From positions 192,001-256,000 of the forward strand of contig JBOEGD010000001.1 in the NCBI GenBank assembly GCA_050633245.1: a DNA stretch of 64,000 bases, read 5' to 3'. Below the pieces are notes generated by a model. That model searched no databases and was not told the origin of the DNA. It worked only from the letters and a program-made list of their open reading frames with translations. The position numbers and the translations under genes are program-made. Origin of the DNA: Calditrichia bacterium. GTDB taxonomy: Bacteria > Calditrichota > Calditrichia > RBG-13-44-9 > J075. Shown here one piece after another: positions 10,901 through 20,885 of this stretch. The stretch's first letter is position 1; every line of letters starts with the position of its first letter.

Positions 10901-12191
10901 GCAACACATGAAAGAGGCGCTACCGGACTACATGATTCCCGCAGCAATAATGCAGCTCGATACAATTCCACTGACACCGAATGGTAAAATTGACAGAAAT
11001 GCGCTACCACTGCCACAGCCCAAGGTGTCCACTATTCCGATTGAGGTAAAGCGCCCGGTTACCAAATTGGAAGCGAAGCTGATCGCTATTTGGGAATCCG
11101 TTTTGATGGCGAAATCTATTGGAGTGAACGACAATTTTTTTGAGATTGGCGGACATTCATTACTGGCTGCGCGAATCTTTGCTCGAATTGAGAGTGAGTT
11201 GGGTAAAAAATTGCCGCTGGCCACGCTCTTTACCGTACAAACGATTGCCGGACTCGCCGCAGCGATGCAGGAAGAAACGGTCTCTTCAGACTGGTCTTCG
11301 CTGGTGCCAATCCAAACCTCTGGTGACCGTCCACCGTTGTTCTTAATTCACGGTGCCGGTGGGAATGTGCTGCTTTATCGCGACTTAGCTCATTATTTAG
11401 GAGACGATCAGCCCGTTTATGGTCTGCAGGCCCAAGGGCTCGATGGCTCGATGAATTATCTGACTCGTTTTGAAGAGATGGCTGAGCGTTACATCTCCGA
11501 AATCAGAGCTCAACAGCCGAGTGGACCATATTACTTGGGTGGTTATTGTCTTGGCGGCACTCTGGCGTTTGAAGTGGCTAAGCAGCTAACGAGTGTCGGA
11601 GAGCAGGTTGCACTCGTGGCCATGTTCGAGACATTTAACATACATGTGCTGAATAAAAAAGTTCACTCGAAGCCTTACCAGATTCTACACAAAATGCAAA
11701 ATTGGAAGTTTCACTTTGAGAATCTGATGGCACTGGATGCAAAGAGTCGTGCAGACTTCTTCCTCGAAAAAGCACGCGTAGAACGCAGCAGGGCCAAGGC
11801 TTCGCTGGAAGTTGGCGTGAACAATCTTTTTCGAAAGTTAGGCCGTGCCAATCTTGTCGAAGACAAGCCGGCTCCCGTTATTCTCGACCCTATTAATGAT
11901 CGCGCACAATATCACTATGTGCCAACACCATACTCAGGGCGCATAACCCTTTTCCAACCGGTAAAAAGTTTCGCAGGATTCGAGGATGAATTCAGTGGTT
12001 GGAGTGGACTTGCGGAAGGTGGAATTGACCTTCAGGAAATGCCGTTAAGGCCGCGTGGCATGATGGTGGAACCGTTTGTTAAACTTTTAGCTGAAAAACT
12101 AAACGTTTGTATAAGCAAAAGTAGGCGAACCTATTTTGCTCAAGAAACCAATGACCCTAAAAAGACAGGAATGTCTGATGAAGCGAGATAG
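7977..12191 (+). CDS. Single-module NRPS: N-terminal docking-like domain, C, A (predicted Gly), T, TE (alternative ATG at 7986)
   Basis: SFAQHRLWFL and HHIIFDG (C); YTSGSTGRPKG, SFDIAV, NMYGPTE, YKTGDL, QIKIRGYRIEPGEIE, LTPNGKIDR (A); FFEIGGHSLLA (T); GYCLGG (TE). Confidence 0.93.
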   Translation: MNAMYTGKSLPDLLAEGLQLWLKGPDQLGFKAPRGKLSPELKEKLIAAKPELLVTLERNRKYAACSFAQHRLWFLEQLDGANPVYNIHATHMLEGELNVEALQNSITKVLQRHDSLRTVFDAADGQPFQVIADSVEFELQQTDLTAVEESLRDEAIEHHLQKAAVDTFDLQQGPLIRFSLYKLSDTRHAFMILTHHIIFDGISLGLLINELSASYEALISGKEPDLPQLQSSYADHVSWQRQWFSGDVAQKQLDYWKNKLAGDLESLNLPLDYQRPQIQDTSGDILFSEIPQELLNRLDATAKQHKVSLFMLLVTAVNVLLSRYCSQDDILLGLPVANRSRKKVESTVGYFANTLVLRTNLADEPTFAEMLQRVRTVCLDAYNHEDAPFEQVVSAVQPAQDRSRTPLFQAMVSYDEAVNHARKLGEVTMERMPIRSRAARTDLTIWMSKEIDSIRFAFEYATKLFRPETIRRMMDGFLALLEAVVLDTSLPISILPVITAENKHQLLREWNQTQADVPTNCCFHQLFEEKAKEKPGQIAASFNGSQINYDELNKAANRLANLLIGYGIESGDLLGICMDRSLSMLIGLLAAQKIGATYIPMDPSFPVDRLQYMCEDADVKCILSETVYGELVSGFSGEQVFYDQLEEELMQQPDRNLDIRISPTAAMYMIYTSGSTGRPKGALLPHSAVVNFLNSMSKSPGVQASDRLLAITTLSFDIAVLELYLPLMQGACVVIADSKTVMDPPSLKLLLSNENITVMQATPTTWRMLLETSWNPPPQFKALCGGEAMPQSLCNSLLKKGVELWNMYGPTETCVWSCVQRMQPEHDRILIGRPIDNTTIYILDKHLNPVPQGVAGDLWIGGVGLALGYHNRPELTVERFIDNPFSSEPDSRLYKTGDLARYVADETLECLGRDDFQIKIRGYRIEPGEIEVALKSYSGIEQAVVTVKTFSEDDERLVGYVISENQIEEQLQSIRQHMKEALPDYMIPAAIMQLDTIPLTPNGKIDRNALPLPQPKVSTIPIEVKRPVTKLEAKLIAIWESVLMAKSIGVNDNFFEIGGHSLLAARIFARIESELGKKLPLATLFTVQTIAGLAAAMQEETVSSDWSSLVPIQTSGDRPPLFLIHGAGGNVLLYRDLAHYLGDDQPVYGLQAQGLDGSMNYLTRFEEMAERYISEIRAQQPSGPYYLGGYCLGGTLAFEVAKQLTSVGEQVALVAMFETFNIHVLNKKVHSKPYQILHKMQNWKFHFENLMALDAKSRADFFLEKARVERSRAKASLEVGVNNLFRKLGRANLVEDKPAPVILDPINDRAQYHYVPTPYSGRITLFQPVKSFAGFEDEFSGWSGLAEGGIDLQEMPLRPRGMMVEPFVKLLAEKLNVCISKSRRTYFAQETNDPKKTGMSDEAR

Positions 12192-13140
12192 CAAAGTCAA
12201 AAAGTTGTATTATATGGCACGGCCGGTAATTCCGCGTCGGATTCAGCTGTCTGCCAGAAGAAAGCTAATAGCGCGACAACGCGAGCAGTTCCGCGAAAGC
12301 TGGCCGATTTTGAAAAGCGCATCTAAGCCACCAATGGGTTGGCGGGGATGGCCGGAGGGCAAACGCTTTTCAGTGGTTTTGACGCATGATGTGGAAACAT
12401 ATCGCGGACATGAACGCTGTATGAGGCTAATGGATCTGGAGAAAAAGCTGGGATTTCGTTCCTCATTTAACTTCGTTCCAGAACGGTATGACGTTTCACC
12501 GGATTTACGCAGCCAACTACAGTTGCATGGGTTCGAGGTGGGTGTGCATGGTCTGAACCATGATGGAAAACTGTATCGCAGCAAAAAAACCTTTCGAGAA
12601 CGAGCAAAGAAGATAAATCAATATTTGGAAGAATGGCAGGTCTCGGGATTCCGCTCACCGGCGATGCATCATAATTTGGATTGGATACGGATGTTAAATA
12701 TCGAATATGATTGTTCTACATTCGATACCGATCCGTTTGAACCGCAATCGGATGGTGTTGCAACTATCTTTCCGTTTTGGGTGGAAAGTGCTCGTGACGA
12801 AAAAGGTTTTGTTGAAATGCCTTATACCCTGGCTCAGGACTTTACTCTTTTTGTGCTAATGCAGGAAAAAACGATTCATCTTTGGCAGCAAAAGCTGGAT
12901 TGGATTGCCGAAAACGGCGGAATGGTGCTGATAAATACCCACCCGGATTACATGCGATTTGGTAGCGCCAAGCCGGGAATTGAAGAATATTACGTCGATC
13001 GATATGTCGAATTATTGTCTTATATAAACGAGCGATATGCGGGTGATTTCTGGCATGTTTTACCTTTGGAGATGGCGCGATATTGGTCAGAATACGTAGA
13101 ATCGGATAAAAATACATCCGATATCGGTTTTGTTTTATAA
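12178..13140 (+). CDS. Polysaccharide deacetylase-like protein
   Basis: LTHDVE, EVGVHGLNH, GFRSP, NTHPDY; ATG at 12178 has an SD-like AGGA and overlaps the end of the NRPS. Confidence 0.78.
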   Translation: MKRDSKVKKLYYMARPVIPRRIQLSARRKLIARQREQFRESWPILKSASKPPMGWRGWPEGKRFSVVLTHDVETYRGHERCMRLMDLEKKLGFRSSFNFVPERYDVSPDLRSQLQLHGFEVGVHGLNHDGKLYRSKKTFRERAKKINQYLEEWQVSGFRSPAMHHNLDWIRMLNIEYDCSTFDTDPFEPQSDGVATIFPFWVESARDEKGFVEMPYTLAQDFTLFVLMQEKTIHLWQQKLDWIAENGGMVLINTHPDYMRFGSAKPGIEEYYVDRYVELLSYINERYAGDFWHVLPLEMARYWSEYVESDKNTSDIGFVL

Positions 13141-13250
13141 GATGTTTGATGAGGTTTACACGCTTTCCCGGGATGGATAGCAGGTGATGTAAAGAGGAAA
13201 TAGAGAAAGCAATAAGTCTGTTTTATGCAGACTCTTATGGAAGGAAAGAA

Positions 13251-14513
13251 ATGAAACGCATCGCAATGGTTGTGTATTCCTATTATCCCAGTGACCCGCG
13301 GGTAACGCGGGAGGCGCTTGCCCTTAGCGAGAAAGGTTATGAAGTAGACATTATTTGTCTAAGAGGAGAATCTGAAGCAGCAAAAGAAACGGTTGATGGA
13401 ATTACAGTTTACCGGTTGAATATGAGTCGCCATCGTGGCAATATGCTGCGGTATCTGTGGGCATACTTCTCGTTTCTTATGCGTTCTTTTGTAAAGCTGA
13501 GTCTGAAACAACTTAAGAAAAGCTACGACATTGTTCACGTCCACAACATGCCCGATATCTTGGTCTTATCGGCACTGCTTCCAAAGTTAATGGGAGCCAA
13601 AATTGTTCTGGATCTGCACGATCCCATGCCGGAAGTATTCATCGCAAAGTTTGAGTCTGGCTACAGTCATCCGCTAATTCGCTTATTAATGATGATGGAA
13701 AAGTTTAGTGTCGGTTTCTCGAACCTTGTGCTTACCCCTAACCTGGCATTTCGGGATCTGTTTATCAAACGAGGTTGTCCGGACTGGAAAATTCACATTG
13801 TAATGAATTCTCCTGTCGAGGAAATCTTTGATGAGAAACTTAATGCTTTGGCATCTTCTGCTGAGAGGCTTGATGACGCGCCTGAGCCCTTTGTGGTAAT
13901 GTATCACGGAAGCGTAGTACGACGTCATGGATTAGACGATGCCGTAAAAGCCGTTAAGTTGCTAAAGGACAAAATTCCAATGCTGCACTTTAACGTTTTT
14001 GGCGGGGGCGAGTTTGTAGAGCCTTTCAAAAAGGTCGTGCGTGATGAAGGTGTGTCTTCACATGTTACCTACTTCGGTGGAGTGAGTATTGAGCGTATTG
14101 CCAGAGAAATTGCGCGCGTTGATGTTGGGATTATTCCGAATAAAAGAAGCCCGTTTACCGATATCAACCTGCCAACCCGTATTTTTGAGTATCTATCAAT
14201 GAAAAAGCCGGTTATCGCTTGCCGAACGCACGGGATCCAGGATTATTTTTCCGAGGATGAAATCCACTTCTTTGAGCCAGGAAATATTACAGATCTTGCG
14301 CGAGTGATCGGAGATATTTACGACAACCGTGAGCGAGCTTTGGCCGTTATGCAGCGCGGACAGGCAGTCTATAATTCCTATCGGTGGACAAAGCAGAAAG
14401 ACTACCTGGTACGTTTGGTCGATGCTTTGCTTGCGGATGGAATAAAGCAGATTCAACCGGAGCTTCCGGAAGATATAACTCGTGACGTAGTGGATGCACC
14501 CTTTTCAGGGTAA
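13251..14513 (+). CDS. Glycosyltransferase family 4
   Basis: DPRVTREA, HVHNMPD, DLHDPMPE, PTRIFEYLSMKKPVI. Confidence 0.88.
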   Translation: MKRIAMVVYSYYPSDPRVTREALALSEKGYEVDIICLRGESEAAKETVDGITVYRLNMSRHRGNMLRYLWAYFSFLMRSFVKLSLKQLKKSYDIVHVHNMPDILVLSALLPKLMGAKIVLDLHDPMPEVFIAKFESGYSHPLIRLLMMMEKFSVGFSNLVLTPNLAFRDLFIKRGCPDWKIHIVMNSPVEEIFDEKLNALASSAERLDDAPEPFVVMYHGSVVRRHGLDDAVKAVKLLKDKIPMLHFNVFGGGEFVEPFKKVVRDEGVSSHVTYFGGVSIERIAREIARVDVGIIPNKRSPFTDINLPTRIFEYLSMKKPVIACRTHGIQDYFSEDEIHFFEPGNITDLARVIGDIYDNRERALAVMQRGQAVYNSYRWTKQKDYLVRLVDALLADGIKQIQPELPEDITRDVVDAPFSG

Positions 14514-14558
14514 AAAGCTTATCCAAGAGCGCTAAATGAACAACAGGCTGATGCAAAT

Positions 14559-15431
14559 ATGAAGTATACCTTAATTACTCCGGCTCGCAATGAAGAGGCC
14601 TATTTGGAAAAAACGATTCAGACCGTTATTGCACAAACAATCCTGCCGCAGCGCTGGGTAATTGTCAGCGATGGCTCGACGGATCGGACAGATGAAATAG
14701 CCGGTAAATACGCAGCAGAATACGATTTCATTCAGTTGATTGCCAATGATGCAGATGCCGAGCGCAATTTTGGCTCGAAATCGAAAGCTATCGAGTATGG
14801 CTATAAACAACTTTCCGGAATCGATTACGATTACATCGGAAATCTTGATGCCGATGTCGCCTTTGCCCCAAATTATTACGAGCAAATTCTGACGAAATTT
14901 GAAGAAAATCCGAAACTTGGAGTAGCGGGAGGCATTCGATATGATCTGGTCTCGGGTGAAACGTTTGAAAAAGTAATGTGCGCTAAAAATAGTGTCGGTG
15001 GACCATTTCAACTTTTTCGACGGGAATGTTATGAAAAAATCGGCGGTTACTTGCCATTAAAATACGGTGGTGTCGATGCCGTTGCCGAAACGATGGCCAG
15101 GATGCATGGCTGGCAAGTTCAGTCATTTGATGAGTATCGTGTTAACCATTTTCGTCGCACCGGAACTGCCGGGCGCGGCATTATCCACGCGCGATTTCGC
15201 GCCGGAATTAAAGACTACCTGATCGGTTATCATCCCCTTTTTCAACTGCTTCGAGGAACATATCATATGCTGGGCAGCCCGTTTCTAATCGGTGGAGCTG
15301 CATTTCTAAGCGGCTACTTTTGGGCAGCATTGCGTCGCTTAAAACGTCCGGTTTCTGATGAGTTTGTCAGCTACCTGCGTACCGAGCAAATGGCGCGGCT
15401 ACGTGGCAAGAATGCGGCTTTTCGCTTATAG
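14559..15431 (+). CDS. Glycosyltransferase family 2
   Basis: ITPARNEE, VSDGSTDRT, DAD motif. Confidence 0.9.
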   Translation: MKYTLITPARNEEAYLEKTIQTVIAQTILPQRWVIVSDGSTDRTDEIAGKYAAEYDFIQLIANDADAERNFGSKSKAIEYGYKQLSGIDYDYIGNLDADVAFAPNYYEQILTKFEENPKLGVAGGIRYDLVSGETFEKVMCAKNSVGGPFQLFRRECYEKIGGYLPLKYGGVDAVAETMARMHGWQVQSFDEYRVNHFRRTGTAGRGIIHARFRAGIKDYLIGYHPLFQLLRGTYHMLGSPFLIGGAAFLSGYFWAALRRLKRPVSDEFVSYLRTEQMARLRGKNAAFRL

Positions 15432-15462
15432 CACTATAAATTAGCATTAATTAGCAGGGAAT

Positions 15463-16926
15463 ATGGATAAAGGGTTTGTAAAATCTTTCTTGAAAGGCTC
15501 CGCCGCCGCTTCTATCGGGCAATTTGCGTCGATTGCCTTTCACTTCCTCAGCATAATGGTGCTTACCAGGAAGATGCCAAAAGAAGAATTTGGTATTTAT
15601 TTACTCATCCTTGTTGTAGTACATCTCCTGAAAATTCTTAGCGGGCTCGGTCTGGATCTGACGCTCGTAAAGTTTATTGCCTCTCGCAAAGAGCATACGA
15701 AGTCTGGTGTACTGGGCACAGTTTTGACGCTTCGTGCGATGCTTCTTGTTCTCTTCGGAGCATTGGTTTATGGGGTTGGGCATTTGCTGACCCCGATGCT
15801 GGATGTGCGGATTAATGACTATCTGATTTATATTCCAATTATTGTCTTTTTTGCCAGCTTTCGGGAATTATTCTTCTTTTTATTTCAGGGGTTAAAGCAA
15901 TTTAAGCATTACGCAATTGTACAGGTGCTGTCTGCACTATTCAAGTTTGGATTGATTTTCTGGGCGTATTGGGTGAATGCTTTATCAGTAAGCAATCTTC
16001 TGATGATCGAAATTATCGCATTTGCCATTTCGCTCGTAGTGCAAATTGCATTGACGCCAATGAAGGAACTTGGCGGCTATTCGTTTAAAATGGAAAGTGT
16101 GCGTGAACTACTGCAATTCGGCTTGCCGTTATATGCGAATAACGTTCTAACCTTCCTGTATGGTCGAGTGAATGTGTTTATGATTGGTGCATTTCTTAAT
16201 CCGGCAAGCATTGCTTCATTTGAAGTCGCGGGAAATATCCCGGGTGGATTTGCTCGAATCTTCAAGTCTTTTATCGTTGTGTATTTTCCCAACCTCGCTA
16301 CGCTTTTTGCTGAGGGAAAAACACGCGATGCAGAGAAGGTTATGAATAAGTCGTTGGTTATTTGTGCGACAGCAGTAGCGTTTCTGACAATGGGCGCGTT
16401 TGCATTTCGCGAGGAAATTATGACGCTAATCTTCTCAGAGAATTATCGGGAAGCCGCACTGGCCTTCGCTTTGTTAATGCTGAGCTTTTTACTTTATGCA
16501 CAGGCATCGATTATGGGCTATTCTTTAGTGTCCGCCGGTTATTCCGGCGTTCCCGTAAAAGCCAATATAATTTCCAGCCTGCTTAACCTGGCATTGAGCA
16601 TTGTTCTAATTCCAAAGTATGGCTATATAGGCGCGGTATATTCGGTGATTGCCATGAACGCTGTTTCGCAGATTGTTTACCTCTACTTTTTAAGGAAAAA
16701 CAATATTAAGGCCGACATTATAAATTACGTGAAGCCGCTTGTATTAGCGGTCGGATTACTGGTGCCGTTTATGATGGCAGGTGAACTTCATATTCTACTT
16801 CGCGCTTTGCTGCCTGTCTGTTATGCCGTAGCTGCTGGTCTTTTACTGCCCGATATTCGCAGTCTTCTTATGATGCTACTAAAACGCGGTAACAAGAGCG
16901 ATATGTCTACGGAGTCGGCGTCATGA
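15463..16926 (+). CDS. wzx: Polysaccharide flippase
   Basis: Multi-TM MOP-family pattern, EFGIY, LIPKYGYIGA; position in the EPS operon. Confidence 0.85.
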   Translation: MDKGFVKSFLKGSAAASIGQFASIAFHFLSIMVLTRKMPKEEFGIYLLILVVVHLLKILSGLGLDLTLVKFIASRKEHTKSGVLGTVLTLRAMLLVLFGALVYGVGHLLTPMLDVRINDYLIYIPIIVFFASFRELFFFLFQGLKQFKHYAIVQVLSALFKFGLIFWAYWVNALSVSNLLMIEIIAFAISLVVQIALTPMKELGGYSFKMESVRELLQFGLPLYANNVLTFLYGRVNVFMIGAFLNPASIASFEVAGNIPGGFARIFKSFIVVYFPNLATLFAEGKTRDAEKVMNKSLVICATAVAFLTMGAFAFREEIMTLIFSENYREAALAFALLMLSFLLYAQASIMGYSLVSAGYSGVPVKANIISSLLNLALSIVLIPKYGYIGAVYSVIAMNAVSQIVYLYFLRKNNIKADIINYVKPLVLAVGLLVPFMMAGELHILLRALLPVCYAVAAGLLLPDIRSLLMMLLKRGNKSDMSTESAS

Positions 16927-18047
16927 AGATTATTATGGTAGACAGCCTGGTGGATAACGATTATGCGATCTGTCTTTGCGATGCGCTTCAGCAAAGTGGT
17001 GCGGATGTAAGTTTAGTGGTTACCGAAAATCGTCGCGTGCCGGAGAACGTATCGTTCGATTTGCAGTTTATGGCACCATCAAAAGCACAGGGCATTAGCA
17101 AGATAAGCAAGCTCTGGAAATATTTTCGCTATCTGTATCGCCTGCGTAAATTTGCAAAATCGAGCAATGCTGCTGCCATACACTTTCAGTTCTTTCGACG
17201 TGAAAGACTCGATACCTTCTACTTTGTATTACTACGATTGCTGGGCTACAATGTCATTCATACTGCACATAATGTGTTGCCGCATGAGCGCAGCCGTATC
17301 GACTTCTATCTGAAATATCTGGTCTATCTTTCTGCCCGGCAAATTGTTGTGCACTCCGGCTATATTCGGGATAAGTTGCTGGCATCATTCCGGGTTACAC
17401 CGGGGAAGGTGCACATCATTCCGCACGGGAATTTTGATATGTATGTGCCCGAAGAAGAACTTACTGTTGCAGAGGCGCGGTCGAAGATCAATCTTCCGGA
17501 ATCGGCAGCTGTCGTGCTATGTTTTGGTCATATCCGCGAATACAAAGGCATTGACATCCTGATTCAGGCTTTCGATTTAGCAGCACAGGAGGAAAAAGAC
17601 CTGCATCTTATTATTGCCGGAAGTGCCCGGACGCAGGAACTGAAGGAGCGCTACTGCGTGCAGATTGATGCGATTTCTGCGAGTGATCGAGTGCAATATG
17701 TACCGGACTTTATCCCCAATGAAGCGGTTGCCGAATATTTTACTGCGGCGGATATAATTGCTCTACCGTATCGCGCAATAGATCACAGTGGAATTGTACA
17801 TCTGGCGTACTCTTTTGGTAAGCCGATAATTGCTACACGGGTAGGAGATTTTAGTGAGGCCGTTGAAGAGGGCAAGAGTGGCTTTCTCGTTGAGAAAGAA
17901 GATGCGAAGGCTTTAGCAGAAGCATTAAGGTTGGTAGCAGGTAGCAAAGGCAAGCTGGTCGAAATGGGTGAGTATGCCCAAATGCTGAACAAAACAAAAT
18001 ATTCATGGCAGGATATTGCCCGCAAAACCAGAGCAATATATAAATAA
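16923..18047 (+). CDS. Glycosyltransferase family 4
   Basis: HNVLPHE, IPHG, FGHIREYKG, SGIVHLAYSFGKPIIAT. Confidence 0.9.
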   Translation: MKIIMVDSLVDNDYAICLCDALQQSGADVSLVVTENRRVPENVSFDLQFMAPSKAQGISKISKLWKYFRYLYRLRKFAKSSNAAAIHFQFFRRERLDTFYFVLLRLLGYNVIHTAHNVLPHERSRIDFYLKYLVYLSARQIVVHSGYIRDKLLASFRVTPGKVHIIPHGNFDMYVPEEELTVAEARSKINLPESAAVVLCFGHIREYKGIDILIQAFDLAAQEEKDLHLIIAGSARTQELKERYCVQIDAISASDRVQYVPDFIPNEAVAEYFTAADIIALPYRAIDHSGIVHLAYSFGKPIIATRVGDFSEAVEEGKSGFLVEKEDAKALAEALRLVAGSKGKLVEMGEYAQMLNKTKYSWQDIARKTRAIYK

Positions 18048-18083
18048 GTTTTAGGGCGTACCAAGGTATTACGAGAATTAAGC

Positions 18084-19391
18084 ATGAAGACGATCCGACA
18101 CCAAGAGATAATGTTCGTTTATCAACAGCCAACTATTTATTCGCGTGTTGCTGAGTTTGCCTTTTATCTGATGGCAGCCGCCGTCCTTTTTGGAACGACT
18201 ATGCCGTTCCCGGAAACGGAAGGATTTAATGCAGAAAATACCTCGAATATAATGAATCAGATTGTATTCAGTTTCCTCCTTTTATCCGGAACCTTCTCAC
18301 TTATTCCGCTACGTATGGAAGCACTAGCCATTTTGCGTCGTGAGAAGCTGCTTATTATATTGCTGGCCTGGTGCACAATTTCGCTGATGTGGTCGATATA
18401 TCCATTTGTCGGCTTTAAGCGCTTGGTTCTGCTCTTGTCGGTAAGCGTAACTTCGCTTGCTGTATTACTACACTCGCGCAATAGGCCAAACCTACTTTCC
18501 CGCCTGAAATATGTTATTGGCATTTACATTCTGCTAACGATTGTGGTGTGCCTGGTTTTACCTGCTGCCAAAGATCCCAAATTTCATACCTGGCGTGGGT
18601 TTGAGCCGACAAAAAACAATCTGGGACAGGTTGCGCTTGTGTGCATTTTGCTGCTGTTTGTAACCTTTAAGTCTGAACAGGGAAAGCGTTACTTCTCTGG
18701 TGCTTTGCTAGCACTTACCGGAGTTGTATTAATAGGCAGCTGGAGCGTTACTTCAATAGGCGTATTGTTTGGTCTTCTGGGAATTGGTCTGCTGGTATGG
18801 GGAATAGATGTTGCGTTCAACTCTGCACCAATTGCACGGCTACTGAGTATTGTGGCGATTGCAGGCTTTGGTCTGCTGGCCTTGGGAGCGATGCTGTGGG
18901 CCCCGGAATTATTGACAACTATTCCGAAATCATTGGGAAAAGACATTACTTTTTCTGGTCGAACCTATCTATGGGAGTCGATGTGGTTAGAAATTGAACG
19001 CCATTGGATGTTGGGAACGGGTTATGCAGGATTTTGGAACCCGGAGAGTGTTGGGATGGAAGTGCTTCACGAAGAGTTTGTCTGGCTGCCTAACCAGGCA
19101 CACAACGGCTATCTGGATGTGTTGAATGAAATTGGTTTGGTCGGGCTATTTCTCTTTGCTGCGCTAATAATCCGCTACTTGCGAGATGCAGTGGAGCTTG
19201 GAGAAGGATTCTACTGGCAATGGTTTATTGTTGCAATGCTGGTAATGAACCTTCAGGAGAGCACTTTTTTACGTCCGCATAATGCTTTTAATGTTTTTTT
19301 CCTCTTTGCATACTTCTCGTTGTTTGTGGAGCAACATTTTCGCGAAGTGCGGCGTTTTGGTGCAGACGATCAGCTGATATCACCTAACTGA
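18084..19391 (+). CDS. O-antigen ligase / Wzy-like polymerase
   Basis: Multi-TM protein; WRG..KNNLG, SGRTYLW, GTGY, AHNGYLDVLNEIGLVG. Confidence 0.82.
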   Translation: MKTIRHQEIMFVYQQPTIYSRVAEFAFYLMAAAVLFGTTMPFPETEGFNAENTSNIMNQIVFSFLLLSGTFSLIPLRMEALAILRREKLLIILLAWCTISLMWSIYPFVGFKRLVLLLSVSVTSLAVLLHSRNRPNLLSRLKYVIGIYILLTIVVCLVLPAAKDPKFHTWRGFEPTKNNLGQVALVCILLLFVTFKSEQGKRYFSGALLALTGVVLIGSWSVTSIGVLFGLLGIGLLVWGIDVAFNSAPIARLLSIVAIAGFGLLALGAMLWAPELLTTIPKSLGKDITFSGRTYLWESMWLEIERHWMLGTGYAGFWNPESVGMEVLHEEFVWLPNQAHNGYLDVLNEIGLVGLFLFAALIIRYLRDAVELGEGFYWQWFIVAMLVMNLQESTFLRPHNAFNVFFLFAYFSLFVEQHFREVRRFGADDQLISPN

Positions 19392-19398
19392 TCTTCTC

Positions 19399-20742
19399 CT
19401 AGTGACCGCCCTGAATATGGAAATTACCGGGCGGTGAGGGCGCAGTTGTATCATTTAAAATAAATTCCAGTGCACCAGCGTCGAAGGCCCCATTGTGCGG
19501 TCGTAAGGTTCCGCTTACGTCACGTGCGCTGCCGATGCCGCTAACATTTGCTCCCATGTTCAGAGCGATAGAACTTTCTTTAAGACGAAAGTCGTATTGC
19601 TGGAGATTTAAAAAATGTGGATTACCGCTTTTCCCGCCAGTTTCCTGTCCTTGCGAAGATTGAAATTCAGAAAAGCTAAACTTCGGTCCGCCCCAATAAA
19701 TAATGTTGTCGACATTGGGGTAATACACATTGTTGTTTAACGTGTGCCCGGAGGTTGCTTCGGCATTCATAAACACTTCATATTGGCTGTTTTGTACCGT
19801 ATGTCCATAAATGATATTGTTCTTCAGAGTGAGGTGTGTTGCGCTGTTATTGCGAATGCCACTAAACCCATTGTTGACAATCGTATTGCTAACAATATAA
19901 CCATCAGCGCGATAAGTTGCCGGACCATTACCGTGACGGTGCAGAAAAATTCCGTTTTCCTGATTGTTGTAAATCAAATTACCCGAAATGTCATAGTCTT
20001 TCTGATAGCGAGTATAGATGCCACCGAGATTGTTATAAAGCGTGTTGTTACGGATGCGGTTTCCAATTTGCATAGATTGGGCATCAGCTGTATTAGGAAA
20101 AACATTTATTCCGAAGTGCAGTGGGTTATCATGCGAAATATTCTGCTCGATTAGAGTATAATTACTGTTCTCTGCATTAATGCCGTTCCAGCCGCAGTTG
20201 TAGACTTCGTTACCGCGAATGATATTGTAGTCACCCTGTCGAATCAAAATGCCTACACCCTTGGTTGTTGAACCGCAATTATAGATGATGCAGTTACGAA
20301 TAATATTATGATCGCCTTCAATCCAAAGAGCCCAGCGAGCCACATTGCGAACTGTGAATCCATCGAAAATGATATAATTCTTGTCGATCCCATTGGATGC
20401 TGAACCTTTCCAATCGACAAACTTATCTTGTGCCGAGCCGCTGCCATCAATAATAACGCTCTCACCGGGAAATGCCTGAATGACCAAATAGTTGTTTGGT
20501 TCACCAGACACGGACATTCGCAGGGGATTGGTATAAACCCCTTCCCGAATAAAAATAGTATCACCAGCCTGAACCTGATTCAGAGCATGTTGAATGCTAA
20601 ACCAGGGGTTCTCCTGAGTGCCGGTTGCACCATCTGATGCCTGAGCATTGTTTTTGTCTACAAAATAGGTCTCACCGCGCAGAGAAAAACTGCAGGCAAA
20701 GAACAGAAGCAGTGGCAACAGGATTAAGCGTTTTAATTCCAT
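19399..20742 (-). CDS. Secreted right-handed parallel beta-helix protein (pectin-lyase-like fold)
   Basis: Signal peptide; GTQENPWFSIQHALNQVQAGDTIFIREGVY; Asn-rich N-x-I-x-x-N repeats; DFRL...DAGALEF; ends DTTAPSPPGNFHIQGGH. Confidence 0.82.
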   Translation of the reverse strand: MELKRLILLPLLLFFACSFSLRGETYFVDKNNAQASDGATGTQENPWFSIQHALNQVQAGDTIFIREGVYTNPLRMSVSGEPNNYLVIQAFPGESVIIDGSGSAQDKFVDWKGSASNGIDKNYIIFDGFTVRNVARWALWIEGDHNIIRNCIIYNCGSTTKGVGILIRQGDYNIIRGNEVYNCGWNGINAENSNYTLIEQNISHDNPLHFGINVFPNTADAQSMQIGNRIRNNTLYNNLGGIYTRYQKDYDISGNLIYNNQENGIFLHRHGNGPATYRADGYIVSNTIVNNGFSGIRNNSATHLTLKNNIIYGHTVQNSQYEVFMNAEATSGHTLNNNVYYPNVDNIIYWGGPKFSFSEFQSSQGQETGGKSGNPHFLNLQQYDFRLKESSIALNMGANVSGIGSARDVSGTLRPHNGAFDAGALEFILNDTTAPSPPGNFHIQGGH

Positions 20743-20885
20743 CTAAAACCATCTCTTTCAAGAGTTCACTTCATGTGGACTCACTTTCAATGAATAAGCC
20801 AATTATTGCGTAACAAGTGAATGATTGGTGTCACTGCACCAAGAAAAAATAATGCACGTCTTTTGTGACCCATTACCAGTTTAAG

